A DNA stretch of 64,000 bases from Ostrea edulis (taxonomy: Eukaryota), in the NCBI RefSeq assembly GCF_947568905.1, contig NC_079170.1, positions 27,342,001-27,406,000 of the forward strand, in the 5' to 3' direction. Positions 1 through 13,800 of the stretch are shown here, piece after piece. Each line of letters opens with the position of its first letter. Positions within the stretch are counted from its first letter, which is position 1. The notes beneath the pieces are model-generated. The model did no database searches, had not been told where the DNA came from, and saw only the letters and a list, made by a program, of their open reading frames with translations. Both the position numbers and the translations under genes were made by a program.

Positions 1-272
1 GTGTTAACAGGACTCCTAAAGGTGTGAGTATTCTGTGTTAACAGGACTCCTAAAGGTGTGGGTATTCTGTGTTAACAGGACTCCTAAAGGTGTGGGTATT
101 CTGTGTTAACAGGACTCCTATAGGCATGGGTATTCTGTGTTAACAGGACTCCTATAGGCATGGGTATTCTGTGTTAACAGGACTCCTAAAGGTGTGGGTA
201 TTCTGTGTAAACAGGGCTCCTAAAGGTGTGGGTATTCTGTGTTAACAGGACTCCTAAAGGCGTGGGTATTCC
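1..272. repeat. 34-bp minisatellite (intronic)
   Basis: About 8 copies of GTGTTAACAGGACTCCTAAAGGTGTGGGTATTCT, running off the window start. Confidence 0.95.
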
Positions 273-648
273 GTGGTCAGGTTTTGTTTACACAAAGTGA
301 ATCAACAGAACTTATAATGTACTAGTGTACAAAAAGTTGTCTTCTAGTTAGAGGGTGTGGAGTAGTTTAGAATACTTAAAGGACTTCTGATTTGGATTAT
401 GAAATTTTTGTATGAGCAATAAGTTTGCAAGATGTTTGCTAATCTTCATATTTATGAAGTTGCATCAAAAGTTATTTGAGTGTTGGGTGTGGCACATGGA
501 GTGGGTATTAGTCCAGTAGAGATAACTCTAGTTTGATAAAAATATATTATATACAGATTTAATATATATTTCAAAATAAAAAAAGAATGGTTAAAACCTT
601 CAAAGAGCACTATAAAATTTATGTAAATGTTTTTCTCTGTACTTACAG

Positions 649-1585
649 ACTACAAGGGTGTACAATTTGGAAGACATGAGGAAAACGGATCAAGATGAAG
701 GAATAGAACAAGCCAGAAAATCTTCTAATCTCCGGAAGCTGTCCAATCACAAGCTCACTTCTGAACCGAGCCATCAAGCTTCAACCAGGAATGTGAATTT
801 GGTTTCAGCAACCACTCCAGACACAGATCTTAGAGACACGGGGATTGGTTCTAGAGACAATATAACAACCACCACAAGTAACTCCTCCAATGAAAACATT
901 TCTAAATATAGCAACTCCAGGGAGACGACAAAAATCTTGACAAATGCAGAGATTGTCCACGGGTCAGGGAAATACTGCTTACCCAGTAAAGAAAATGTGA
1001 ACCCGCGGGACCTGGGGGTAGCGGGGAACACAGAGTGGGTGTCAGCTGAAGTGGCTTTGGGGAAAGAAGATGACCCACCCCCTCAGGAGTTTGTAAGGAG
1101 GGGCTCTCTTCCCTTAAACCATGGAGTAGGGACAGGAATGACGCTGCGTCACAAACGGACCCAATCTATCCAGAAAGTGGAGAATGAACAAGATAATGTT
1201 AATATTTCTAGGTAAAGTGTAAATGGTGATCTTTGCTATTGTTTTTACTGAAGTACTTACATGTCTAGTAATAGTTTTGATAAATAGTCATGTCTTCATT
1301 ATTTAAGTATGTATGGTTTACAGATTTAGGATGTTTGATTTCTGTAGCACTATTATTAATGATTTTAAAGTTCTTGGACAGAGTTTGAAATTCTTACTGT
1401 AACATTCATTTCCTGTGTTTTTTAAGCATCCTCCTTCTCCTCCCCTTCTTTTCATTTCCAACGTAAACTATATGTAATAATGAGTGGTCAATCAATATAA
1501 ATATTTTGACAATTACAATTCAGTTAGATGGAACCTAGTTTATAACTGTGTATGGGATTATAGCTATAAATAGATATGTATATGG

Positions 1586-1635
<50 letters not shown>

Positions 1636-1796
1636 TAAAAAAACATTAAAACACTTTTCGAAATATTTCAGCCGTTTCACCAGCCTTCATCATATTAAAA
1701 TATTAAACACGACTGATGAAGGCTGGTGAAACGGCTGAAATATTTCGAAAAGTGTTTTAATGTTTTTTTAGTATTCTTACAAATTAGAGACTTTGG

Positions 1797-1827
<31 letters not shown>

Positions 1828-4800
1828 AGCAAGGTGTTGCTGTCACAGTGATTTTGGTTAGAAATAACGTACACCAGATAATTTTGGCATCTGGACCATT
1901 TAATGTTGTTTTAAACATCCAATCATTCCAATTCAAGAATAGTTTGCTGATATACTAAAGAACGTCACCAGGTGAAGAGTCACTTTTGACCTACGTCACT
2001 CAGGGCTGTATCAGTGAGGGTTCTTTATTTTGCCTTTGCTGACTGTTAGCATTGGACGTCTGTTTTTAGGGTCTCATCTAAACATCTGGCTCTCACTGCC
2101 AGGCACTAGGCGAAAGAACAGTCACTACTTATATCAAAAACAGTAAGCTTATCGCGGTCCTTGCACATGTTGCTTTATTATAGTTGCATGGAAATTCTTG
2201 ATGGAATTTTCTCTGAAAAGTTGAGGATTGGTTTTAAGGATGTATGCTACACCGGAGAAATTTGAACATATTGATAAGAGTTGTCACTGATTATTACAGT
2301 GCTAAAGAAGATTTAAAGGCCAAGCAAGAAAGAATACAGCGATAATGATAGAAAAATGTAACATTGATAAGAGTTGTCACTGATTATTACAGTGCTAAAG
2401 AAGACGACAAGGAAGATTTAAAGGCCAAGCAAGAGAGAATACAGCGACAGCGCCAAAAACAGATGGAGTTCAAACAGAAGCTGTCGGGCAAACATGCAGA
2501 CAACATCACTATTAATACCATAGGTAACACAGACAACATTGCTATTGTTACTAAGTAACAAGAGTTCCAAAGCACAATTTCTCTCAAAAATGTTTGATAA
2601 GGATGCTCTTTCTGTAGAATGTAAAATTGAAGGTGAAGTAAATCAAGCAGTTATAAAAATTATGTAAATTCCTATAGTAGATTATTAGTCCCCTACCATC
2701 CGTCCGTCTGTCTGTTTGTCCGTCAGTTTTGCAAATCAGTTTTCCTGACTTTTTTTTATGTGCTTGCAGATATTCATTTGATGTTTGGTACATTGCTTTG
2801 CCATAACAAGTTACAGATCAAGTTTGAATTTCATCTCTGTCCGTTGATTTTTCACCAAGTTATGGCCCTTGGACTTAGAAAAATAGCATGAATTATCAGT
2901 TTTCCGGACTTTTTTTTTGGGGGGGGGATGTGCTAGCAGATATGCATATGATATTTGGTACATTGCTTTGCCTTAACAAGTTACAGATGAAGTTTGAATT
3001 TCATCTCGATCTGTTGATTTTTCGCTAAGTTATGGCCCTTGGACTTAGAAAAATAGCATGAATATCGGATTTACAGACTTTTTTATGTGTTTGCAGATAT
3101 TCATTTGATATGTGGTACATTGCTTTGCCATAACAAGTTACAGATCAGGTTGGAATTTTGTCTCGGTCCATTGATTTTTCACTAAGTTATGGCCCTTGGA
3201 CTTAGAAAAATATCATGAATTGTCATTTGTCCTAACTTTTTTTGTTTGTTGTGCTTACAGATATTCATAATTTTGATATTCAGTACATCATGATGATTGC
3301 TTTGCCATAACAAGTTACAGATCGATTTATAAGTTTTTCTGGTCTAGTCTTTCTACCTGAATAGTTGATTTCTAACCAATCCTATCCTGGTTTCCCAATT
3401 TGCCCTTTTAACATAACTTAAGTCTCATAATGAACTTTGAATATGGTTGCGGGCCAAAAAAATTTTGCCGCCGGTAGGGGACTGTGTATTGCTATACAAT
3501 ACTCTCAGAATGCTTGTTTTTATTAGAAAATCCCTTTAATATACCATGATTACAAAAATCACACCTCCCATATATTAGATATGAAATATGATCGTTATAC
3601 ATTGGATACCTGAACACTACAGGTAACACACAGACAATATCACCATTGATACTAGAGTTAATTAACACATGGAGACACAACTATAGGTAAAAACATACGC
3701 TAAATGTCAGAGTGACCATTCATACTGTTATAGATACCAATGCTCGTGTATAACAAAAATAACTTCTGTTTTCACATGTAGGTTAGGATAAATGAATGTA
3801 TTTGTATAATAAATAAAATCATGGCTTTTCTGACCAAGAAAGTAGTATAGTTGATACAATGTTTGGCAGACATTGATTAATTCACTTTATCTACATATGA
3901 TTGTTTAAAACTCAACAAAGGATACTAGATTGATCAATACAATTCATGGATTAAAATTCAACACTTTCAAAAATATCTATCCATTGCCATTGAAGTTCCA
4001 ATTCATGTAAACTCAGTTCGTGTTGTATTTCTGATGTTTGTCCACTTGCAGGGCCTCCCGTGGCTACCTCCACTCCAGCGTTTAATGGCCTCGGTCCGCC
4101 CATCCATACCTCCAGTCCCAAGGTCATGTCAAAGTCGCGTCCCCAGAGTAGTTCAGAACCCTCTCCAAATCAACCAGAGCTTCTCCCTGAGGAAAATTAC
4201 GGTAAGCAACGCTGGATGTTTTATGGCTGTCAACATCTCATTTCATAAATCTCTGGTTTCATAGGCTCTATAGTACAATGCTGATTGTATACATATGTAT
4301 CAATAATTTCCATTTTATGTCCCCTTTGAACAAAAGTGGGCATATTGGTTTGCACCTGTCGGTTGGTAGGTGTGTCAGTTGGTAGGTGTGTCAGTTGGTA
4401 GGTGTGTCAGTTGGTAAATTAAGTGTTGTCTGCTCAATGTCTCAAGGTAAACTAAGTGTTGTCTGCTCAATGTCTCAAGGTAAACTAAGTGCTGTCTGCT
4501 AAATGTCTCAAGGTAAACTAAGTGTTGTCTGCTAAATGTCTCAAGGTAAACTAAGTGTTGTCTGCTCAATGTCTCAAGAACTCTGCTTCTAAACTTGTTA
4601 TAATGGTTTTCCCTGTGGAGTAGATGACCCCTAATGATTTTGAGGTCACAAGATCAAAAAGCAAGGGTCAAACTACTCTGGATATAAAATGTTTACTCAA
4701 TATTTTGTGAACCCTTTGCATGACAAACATCAAACTTGGTACACTGGTACCCCTTAACGGGTAGGCGACTTGTGGGTTTTTAAGTCACAAGGTCTATACA

Positions 4801-7800
4801 TACATATAATGCACTACATAGTACGGTAACTCATTGAAGTATCATGTCATATTATGACTCCTTTCCATTTTAAATAAATCAATGTTTTCTGGACATAAAA
4901 AATATTGCTCATCATCTTTAGAACCCTTTGCCAGACAGAGATCAGGATTAGCATTTTAGTTGCTCCTGACTAATATATAACCCATATTTTCATTTTCATT
5001 ACAGAAATACTAAATTTAAAGTTGATCCTTTTTTATACCGCCACATAGGGGGCATATATGTTAAGTTTTAAAACATTTCAGGTCTTTTATGGAAGTCATA
5101 TAAAATATACTGGATATTATTAGGTATATTGTTTCCAAACACACAGTAAGCAGTGTTTCACTGTTGGTAAAGGTGAAATAGTTTGAGTTCCTGGATACTT
5201 ATCACCATGGAGTGCCCAGAGTTTACACCGTTTTGTTGGGATGTGATGCTGTGAATATGGTTTCTGTGCAAAAAATTGAGCTCCTATGAAATGTAAATGC
5301 TTTCTTAAAATCTTACAAGTGTCTGTGAAGTCCTCTCATAAAGGTGTAAGATTTTACTGAAGTCCTCTCATAAAGGTGTAAGATTTTACTGAAGTCCTCT
5401 CATAAAGGTGTAAGATTTTACTGATGTCCTCTCATAAAGGTGTAAGATTTTACTGATGTCCTCTCATAAAGGTGTAAGATTTTACTGAAGTCCTCTCATA
5501 AAGGTGTAAGATTTTACTGATTCTTACAATCATACAAGCATTTGTAAAGTCCTCTCATAAAGGTGTAAGATTTTACTGAAGTCCTCTCATAAAGGTGTAA
5601 GATTTTACTGAAGTCCTCTCATAAAGGTGTAAGATTTTACTGATGTCCTCTCATAAAGGTGTAAGATTTTACTGAAGTCCTCTCATAAAGGTGTAAGATT
5701 TTACTGATTCTTACAATCATACAAGCATTTGTAAAGTCCTCTCATAAAGGTGTAAGATTTTACTGAAGTCCTCTCATAAAGGTGTAAGATTTTGCTGAAG
5801 TCCTCTCATAAAGGTGTAAGATTTTGCTGATGTCCTCTCATAAAGGTGTAAGATTTTACTGATGTCCTCTCATAAAGGTGTAAGATTTTACTGAAGTCCT
5901 CTCATAAAGGTGTAAGATTTTACTGATTCTTTCAATCATACAAGCATTTGTAAAGTCCTCTCATAAAGGTGTAAGATTTTACTGAAGTCCTCTCATAAAG
6001 GTGTAAGATTTTGCTGAAGTCCTCTCATAAAGGTGTAAGATTTTGCTGATGTCCTCTCATAAAGGTGTAAGATTTTACTGAAGTCCTCTCATAAAGGTGT
6101 AAGATTTTACTGAAGTCCTCTCATAAAGGTGTAAGATTTTGCTGATGTTTCTTCAGAGGACACAGAGCTGTGGAACAACTCACTGGAAATTGAGAGCATT
6201 GATCCGTTTGGTGAAAACCCTGCAGCGGGGGCAGGCAAAAAACATTTAAATAGAAGCAAGACACTCCGTCCTACTGAGTCAAGGGGGACAACTCCCACAA
6301 AATCATCAGAGCAGAATCGACCTAACACACTTACCAATCACTACCCTGTCACCAAGGCAACGGGTACATTACGCCAGGTCACAGGTTACACAGGTATTGT
6401 ACTAGTTATACTCAGGTGTTACCAAGGTAAAATAAAGTTCTATTGACACGAATTAGTTTCATTAGAGAATTTTTTAAAAATGCACAAAAGTATTTGGGTA
6501 GGAAGCACCAGTTTGGGTCAGATTTTCTGTTATAAAATGCAGTAATTGAATTAGGATAATCAGTGTTAAATATTCAGCCTGGGGATGCTCTCAGTTTATA
6601 ATCAGACAACTTGAGCTTGCTCCACATTGTCTTGCGGGATTTTATTTCTTCACGAGAAGTGGACTACTTGACAAGTCAGTAGTAGTAACAATACTGACTT
6701 CAATGACCAGTCAAGCATGGTCACGTACTGTGAAGTGGGCGTCCACAAAATGAACCATCATTAATACGGGAAATCTGTCATTGTCAGGAAGGTCATATGT
6801 CAAACACATGATGTGCATGTTCATGGGTCAAGGGGGACAACTCCCACAAAGTCATCGTCTGGGCAGAATCAACTATCACACTTACCAATCACTGCCTTCA
6901 GGTCAATGATCGAACTTTACTGTCCTTTCAAATTTGACCAGAAATAAGTAGGGGTCATCTATGATCATGAATAACCTACCTACTAGGAAATATAACCCTT
7001 GTTACCGTGATTGAATTTAAGACCTATTATCTTGATCAGGCCAAGGTTCTCTATCAATCAGCATCTGTTTTGCCAGTCAGCAAAATGCAAAGCAATGTGC
7101 CCCTTTTTTCAGTTGAAGAGAGGGGTGTAATTAATTGTTCATACTCTGTTGTAACTTCACACAGTTCAGGGCTAGAAATAATATATTTTTATTCACTGAT
7201 CACTTGGGCTATCAACTTGAATTTTTACTTATCATTTGATAAAATTTACTATCCCTTTCGTACCAGTGGATATGAAAACGATTAGCCCAAATTCCATTTT
7301 TAATGGTGATGAAACACTAGGCCTAATGTCTTGTTTATTCAAACTGACATCAACGGTGGGTTTGAAAAACATTGTAATCTTACTCTTCTTATCCATGTTT
7401 TTCACTTACACTTAGACAATAGTTGGAGTCATCTTCATTTTTTTGTCTTTTGTGAAAGTGTAATGTCACAGGATTAAGAATATGTCACAAATTAGGCAGC
7501 TCATTCATTTCTTAAGAATGTGTCACAGATTAGCCAGCTCATTCATTTCTTAAGAATGTGTCACAGATTAGGCAGCTCGTTCATTTCTTAAGAATGTGTC
7601 ACAGATTAGGCAGCTCGTTCATTTCTTAAGAATGTGTCACAGATTAGGCAGCTCGTTCATTTCTTAAGAATGTGTCACAGATTAGGCAGCTCATTCATTT
7701 CTTAAGAATGTGTCACAGATTAGGCAGCTCATTCATTTCTTAAGAATGTGTCACAGATTAGACAGCTCATTCATTTCTTAAGAATGTGTCACAGATTAGG

Positions 7801-8849
7801 CAGCTCATTCATTTCTTAAGAATGTGTCACAGATTAGACAGCTCATTCATTTCTTAAGAATGTGTCACAGATTAGGCATCTCATTCATTTCTTAAGAAAC
7901 TTACAGCTGAAGACACGCGTGTTCTTGAATATGTTGTACAGTGTGACCGTTGAGACGAGTGAAGATCCATGACTTGCAACACGACTTTAGGCATTTAATC
8001 TGCCTATTCATTTAATGTGGGAAATATGATGTGGTCGATGTACACAGTGCACACAGTGCATTGACATCATATTAGCTGCGATTTTTTATTTTATTTATGG
8101 GGTTATACATGAAGTATACTGCAGTGACGGCAACATTTTTCCAGAACTCCTCGCGTGGCCTGTGTGAAGTGAGAGAAGTCATCCAAGGACTGCTGAATGG
8201 AGACATACTCCACTTTAGACAACTCATTCGTAGAAACATTCATGAATTTATCTACACTGTGTTACTTTACAGTACAACTTAATGAAAGTGAAATTATCTA
8301 ACATGCAATAAAACTCTGGACACATACATCTACTATTTACCAGCCCAATTTTTAAGGAATTTTGATAAGTATGCAGATTAAGAAGCCCCAAGGGCACATG
8401 CTCTTTGAATAGCACTAGCCCAAATCCATGATTTATTGGCCCCAGACCATCAGGCCATCAATTATTTTGAGTCCTGCAATTATCCAACAGAAGTTGCTTC
8501 TAGAAAATTACATTAATACTGTTTTAAATACCTTGTACATCACAAATTGTGAATATTTATTATTAGTTTTAAAATTTTTCTTTACATTAAACAGCAACTC
8601 ATTGTTTTACTGTAAGAATACATTTACAAGGCAAACAAGTCTGTGAACTCCTAATTTAGAATTTGTAGGTGTGATTAACTTGGAACATTATTTCTTGTTC
8701 TGTTTAACGAAATCCATTACCTCTGAATGCCCCAACCATTCTACTGCAGCATGTTGCCATAGATACCCATTGTCATCATGTGTCATAGTATCGTTTTGTT
8801 TACAGATGACATCAGCAATGTGCAGAAGCGACGGAGAGTGGACGTCTGA
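649..8849 (+). CDS. 3' part of an unidentified multi-exon gene (low-complexity Ser/Thr/Pro-rich protein ending ...QKRRRVDV*)
   Basis: Exons 649-1211, 2393-2523, 4052-4201, 6157-6393 and 8806-8849 all have AG/GT flanks and compatible phases (0-2-1-1-1), giving one continuous ORF to TGA at 8847-8849. Upstream exons lie outside the window. No domain recognised. Confidence 0.75.
1633..1773. repeat. Perfect 60-bp inverted repeat between (TA)n tracts, containing a Penelope-type hammerhead-like core
   Basis: 1633-1692 is the reverse complement of 1714-1773. The sequence CTGATGA-A-GGCTG/GTGAAA/CGGCT-GAAATATTTC lies at 1713-1746. Confidence 0.8.
2684..3518 (+). mobile_element. Non-autonomous Helentron/HINE-like element
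   Basis: AGTCCCCTACC...GGTAGGGGACT subterminal inverted motif, (GTCY)n microsatellite after the 5' end, internal tandem units of roughly 170-180 bp, and a 3' palindrome GTATTGCTATACAATAC. Confidence 0.7.
4313..5062 (+). mobile_element. HINE-like element with internal 16-bp and 33-bp tandem repeats
   Basis: TTTTATGTCCCC...GGGGGCATA ends; GTTGGTAGGTGTGTCA x3 and AAGGTAAACTAAGTGTTGTCTGCTCAATGTCTC about x5. Confidence 0.5.
5325..6145. repeat. 32-bp minisatellite with higher-order structure, abutting the 6157 splice acceptor
   Basis: AAGTCCTCTCATAAAGGTGTAAGATTTTACTG in more than 20 copies, periodically interrupted by the same ATTCTTACAATCATACAAGCATTTGT segment. Confidence 0.95.
7493..7900. repeat. 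38-bp minisatellite
   Basis: About 10-11 copies of CACAGATTAGGCAGCTCATTCATTTCTTAAGAATGTGT. Confidence 0.95.
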
Positions 8850-10884
8850 TAACTCGCATTCAACGACGGAGAATGGACGTCTGATAACTCACATTCAACG
8901 TCCAATGGCACATTCGATTGCAGTTGTTTTGAAATTGGTGATTTCAAAACGGACATGAATTACTGCAGTAACTTGAATTGTTTTAAGCAAATCTTGGTTC
9001 AGAATCAATATCCGTGGAATAATGGAAAGCTGGGCACAAAGTGCCTAATTACCATTAATTAGTGAATATACTTATTTAATTACCATTAATTAGTGTATAA
9101 AGTACCTAATTATCATTGGTTAGTGTATATAGTACCTAATTACCATTAATTAGTGGATATAGTGGTATAGAAGTGCATGCTATTCTGTGACTCAAACTTT
9201 CCGATTTAGATATTTGTTACATGTAGATTGTTTGTAAACATGTGTCAATCTGTCTGTGTAGATGGAGAAAATGATTTTGAAATATTTAGGTTAAAGGATA
9301 CAAAGTTATAGATTTAAGGCTCCGTTCACAATGTGTGCAATACTTTCTGCATTTGTATGTGTATTTCATATCATCATTGATTATTTTATTGCGTGCAGTA
9401 AAACATGGTTGTAGTGAATGTGCACATAATGTATTTCCATGTATAACAAAGTGATTTTCATTCTTCTCAACATAGATACTGAATAGGTCATTTGATATAA
9501 TGAATTGCGCCTATTACGAAGCAGAAGAGGACTTCTCTCGTGATTCACTATAACCGTGGTTTACTGTATGCATCCTGTCATGAATCACAGGTTGTCTCAG
9601 GGGAATGCATTAGAATTCTAGATGTGACTCAACAATTAATTGAATAAATCAATTTAAACATCAATATTTGATATTCTATTGAAGTTCCTGTAAACTTGAT
9701 ACAATTCTGTACTGGTAATACTCAGAATGATTTATTTTTCTGTGAAATTGTACACAGTGTGTTCTAAAAGTTTGTATGCTGAGCTGTGTTGAATTTCCAA
9801 GTGTTTCAAAGCAATAGATTTTGAGTTACCATGCTTAATAATCGGTATCGTGTGGCATTAAAATATGCTGCATAATCTGTATGTAATTTTCAGCACCAAA
9901 TTTCGAATATGATATACTTTAAATTAATGTTTATAAGCAACCCCTCCTAATTCTCGTACACAGTGTCGTTATCCGTTAGTGTGTTGTGTCTGATCTTTAT
10001 GCACTGACACAGGGATAATTTATAGCTTTACATTTACAATAATTCGTGAGAAAGGGATCTCGTGAATCTTGCCATAATATTTCTTGCAAAGTTAAAGTCT
10101 TATTTTTTTTATAATCATTAAAAGTTTTTATATTACATAGCTGTTGACGATTTTAAAAGTCTGTACTTTTACAGTAGGTAAATATGTTTACACTTGGAAA
10201 AAAGACACTAAATTGTTATGCAATCATGGTAATGTATTGAAAATCCAAAGCAAGACTGTATTATGTCAAGCTTTAGGGAAATTCATGTACAATTGACCAC
10301 ACTTAGACATTTTCATAGTAACACTTTGTATCATTATAATATTCGCAGTACACAATTCTAAGCAGATTATCCTTTCACTGAGTGCATGCTGTGACCTTAA
10401 TAGGAAACTTCCACTAACAAACCTTCCTAAGAACTTGAAGTGGTTCTTCAGTTTTAAAGAGTTGTCTGGGCTCCTGCAGGGAGTCTCACTTTGACCTAGT
10501 CTGTTTCATCTATACAAAGCCATTCTTGTGGTTAAGTATGAGTATTTAATTCTTGGGTCAATATATCCAACTTGGAATTTTTTTCATTTAAATGTATTGG
10601 GAAGAAAATATATTTTTCCAAATGATTGTTATGGGGGAATAATAGATAGAGGTAAATTCGGTCGTGTTCCTCTCTGTGGCCTGAAAAATTTCTTCATTGT
10701 CTCCATCTGAAGCATCAGTCAAATGTTGATTTTATCACCGTGATGTAAATTGGGATTTTTTTGGCAATAAATCTGTGCTAATTGCGTGGTTTGGTATAGT
10801 AGAGGGATTTAAATTTCATGCATATTGTTCCACATATTCCCATCGACAGACAGTGAACTTGGAGATTATCACCCATCCAGGAAG

Positions 10885-13800
10885 ATGGTAAAAGGAATAT
10901 TTTGCAGTAGCCCAATGGTGATAGGATTAATTATTATTGAATTATTCTCATTCTCGCTAGGTAAGTTTTTATACTTTTTGTGTGTTTACAGTGTATAAAT
11001 TATGATAAATCCATCATTATGTTGTATGATAAAATTGTGATTTTAGTAGAATTCAAGATTTTATAGTTATGTAATATTTGCAACATTTGAAGTTACTTGT
11101 AGTTTATAATATATATTATATGTATATACAAACCTATTGAAGAATTTAGAAAATAATTACTCTTGTTACTGTGTGTAATGTAGAATTACCTTTCCAATTA
11201 TAGATATTGTTCATCTAGATAAGCATTTCTTATTAAATTTTCTGCTGTGTTTAGGTCACCTGAGTCACTCGGGTGACTGATTGTCTTTGGTCTTCATCTG
11301 TCACCGTGCATCGTCCGTTAACAATTTCACATTTTTAACTTCATCTTCTTGAAAACTACAGGAACATTTAACATTTTTGGTGTGAATCTTCTTTAGGATA
11401 AGAGGAATGTAATTTGTGAAATTTATTATCTTAGCTCCACTGGGCCTCATGGGTGGGACCAAAACTGCCAAATTTAAAAAATCTTCATCTCTACTACCAC
11501 ACATGTGGGAGAAAAATAATATGCATGGTTATGATGATCATGGAGTCCTTTACTATTATTGTAAAATTCATGGTCCCTTGGTTAAGGGATCAATCTTTAG
11601 GGTGTGGCCATTATGGCCATATAGTAAAGATATATTAAATCTGAGAAAATCCTCCTCTTCTTTACTCTCGGACATGTGTGAGAAAAACTAAATGCATTGT
11701 TATTATGTCCATGAAGCTTTCTACCTAGATAGTGAAAATCATGGCTCCTGGGTTAAGGATTTAGGCTGTTGGGTGGGGCCAATTTGGCTCTCTAGTGAAA
11801 ATGTATTGAATTTTAGAAAATCGTTTTTACTCTCAGACATGTTTGAGGAAAAACTAAATACTAAATGCATGGTTATGATGTCCATGAAGCTCTCTTCCTA
11901 ATTTATGAAAATCATGACCCCTGGGTTATAGGGATTTAAGCCCTATGAAGGGGCCAATATGGCTCTCTAGTGAAAATGTATTATATCTTAGAAAAATCTT
12001 CTTTACTCTCAGACATGTGCTAGAAAAATTAAATGCATGGTTATGATGTCCATGAAGATCTCTATCTAAATTGTAAAGTTCTTGACCGTCATGCCCTAGG
12101 GTGGGGCCAATATGGCCCCACCCTACGTTTTTATTGCACACAACACGTGTGCATACAAATTAAAATGCATACATCCTTTTATTTACTTCTACAGTAGTGG
12201 AAAATAAATTGAATGCATGGTTATACCGTTATAATGTCTAAAGTTACTCCTGGCCAGGTCAAGTGTTCAGGCTTTGGGCAGGACCAATATGGCTATATAC
12301 CATAGTGAAAATGTATTAAATCTTAGAAAATCTTTAATGACAATATTTGTGGCCTTAATTAGAGGGGGGGAGCTAGCTTGGCCATATCATAGTAAATATG
12401 TGTTATAATTTTAGAAAATCTACATCAATTTACTGTATATTGTAGTTTTGTAGCAATAAACTGGGAGCGTGTTGTGAGCAGTAACTCTAAATGAAACTGT
12501 AATGGAATGAAGGTTTACACATTTTTATACTGAAAGTTCTTTTTAAAACATGTCTGGTTTATACTGCTGCATTAAGTTGTGAATTTTTCATATTTTCAAC
12601 TTTTTATAACTTAAAAAGTATGTTTATTCAAATTTAGTAAAAATCATTGTTGTGAACAAAGATTTCAATCTATTAGTAAGTTTGTTCCTTCGTTTGTTGT
12701 GTGATGCCTCAATATCATAGATTAAGATTGTCTATAGTATTACGATATATGAAGAAAAAAATGAACCTATAAAAGTGCCAAGTTCAAATGTTCAGACTTT
12801 TAAATGTTTTCTATTTTAAGTAGGGACATTATTCCTCATAAGAATGATAAGATATTGGACCTATTCTTCATATCTACAAAATTTGATCAGTTTTCTGGTG
12901 TAAAGCAGTGTGTAAGATCAATGAATTGTTAATTGAAAAATCATATATATGTTTTTCTCACAGTGACTTCAGTTTTAAAATCATCAAGCGATTAGTGCAT
13001 GTAGTCCTAGATTTTATAGTGCTCTGTTCAAGGTCAACTCACTGAAGAAAATGACATCTCTGAGATTTGAACAATTTGTGATCACAGTGAAATCCTTTAG
13101 ACTTTTGTTTTCTATTTCAGCAGAATTTGGCTATATAATACAGTGAGTGACCATCACTCATGTAAGTCTGGGTTATGTTTCAGCTGCCATCGACAAAGCT
13201 TTACTGGAGAGCTGTTGCCTGCAGGGGACAAAATACGCCACTGACTCGGACACATGTGAGGGGTACGCTCAGTCTGTCCCAGGGGTGGCAACCAGGGACC
13301 AGCCCAGTTGTCTGACCATCCTCAGGGTCTGTTGTATGAAGCAGAAACAGCGGGACCAGTGTCAGAATGGGAAGTCGGATGCCCTCAGTTACAGCAGGTG
13401 TGCCATACGAGATGACTTATTCGGATCAGAGCAGTACAAAGTATGTCATGATTCCGCATAGTAACAATCGCTAGGCAGGTTACCTCCGTATAGTAACAAT
13501 TGCTAGGCAGTCAGGTTACCTCCGCATAGTAAGGTTACCTCCGCATAGTAACAATTGCTAGGCAGTCAGGTTACCTCCACATAGTAACAATCGCTAGGCA
13601 GTCAGGTTACCTCCGCATAGTAACAATCGTTAGGCAGTCAGATTACCTCTGTATAGTAACAGCAGACAATCGCTAGGCAGTCAGGTTACCTCCACATAGT
13701 AACCATAACTAGGAAGTCAGGTTACTTCCGCATAGTAAGGTTACCTCCGCATAGTAACAATCGCTAGGCAGTCAGGTTACCTCCGCATAGTAACAATCGC

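Noticed and set aside
5325-6145. CRISPR-like look of repeats interrupted by a different segment
   Set aside because: The interrupting segment is itself repeated, there are no unique spacers or cas genes, and the context is a eukaryotic intron. It is a higher-order minisatellite.
13121-13161. Possible extra fibulin exon (CAG|CAGAATTTGG...CAT|GTAAGT)
   Set aside because: It has an in-frame TGA and would leave only a 22-nt intron before 13184. The direct 10960->13184 splice is in phase.
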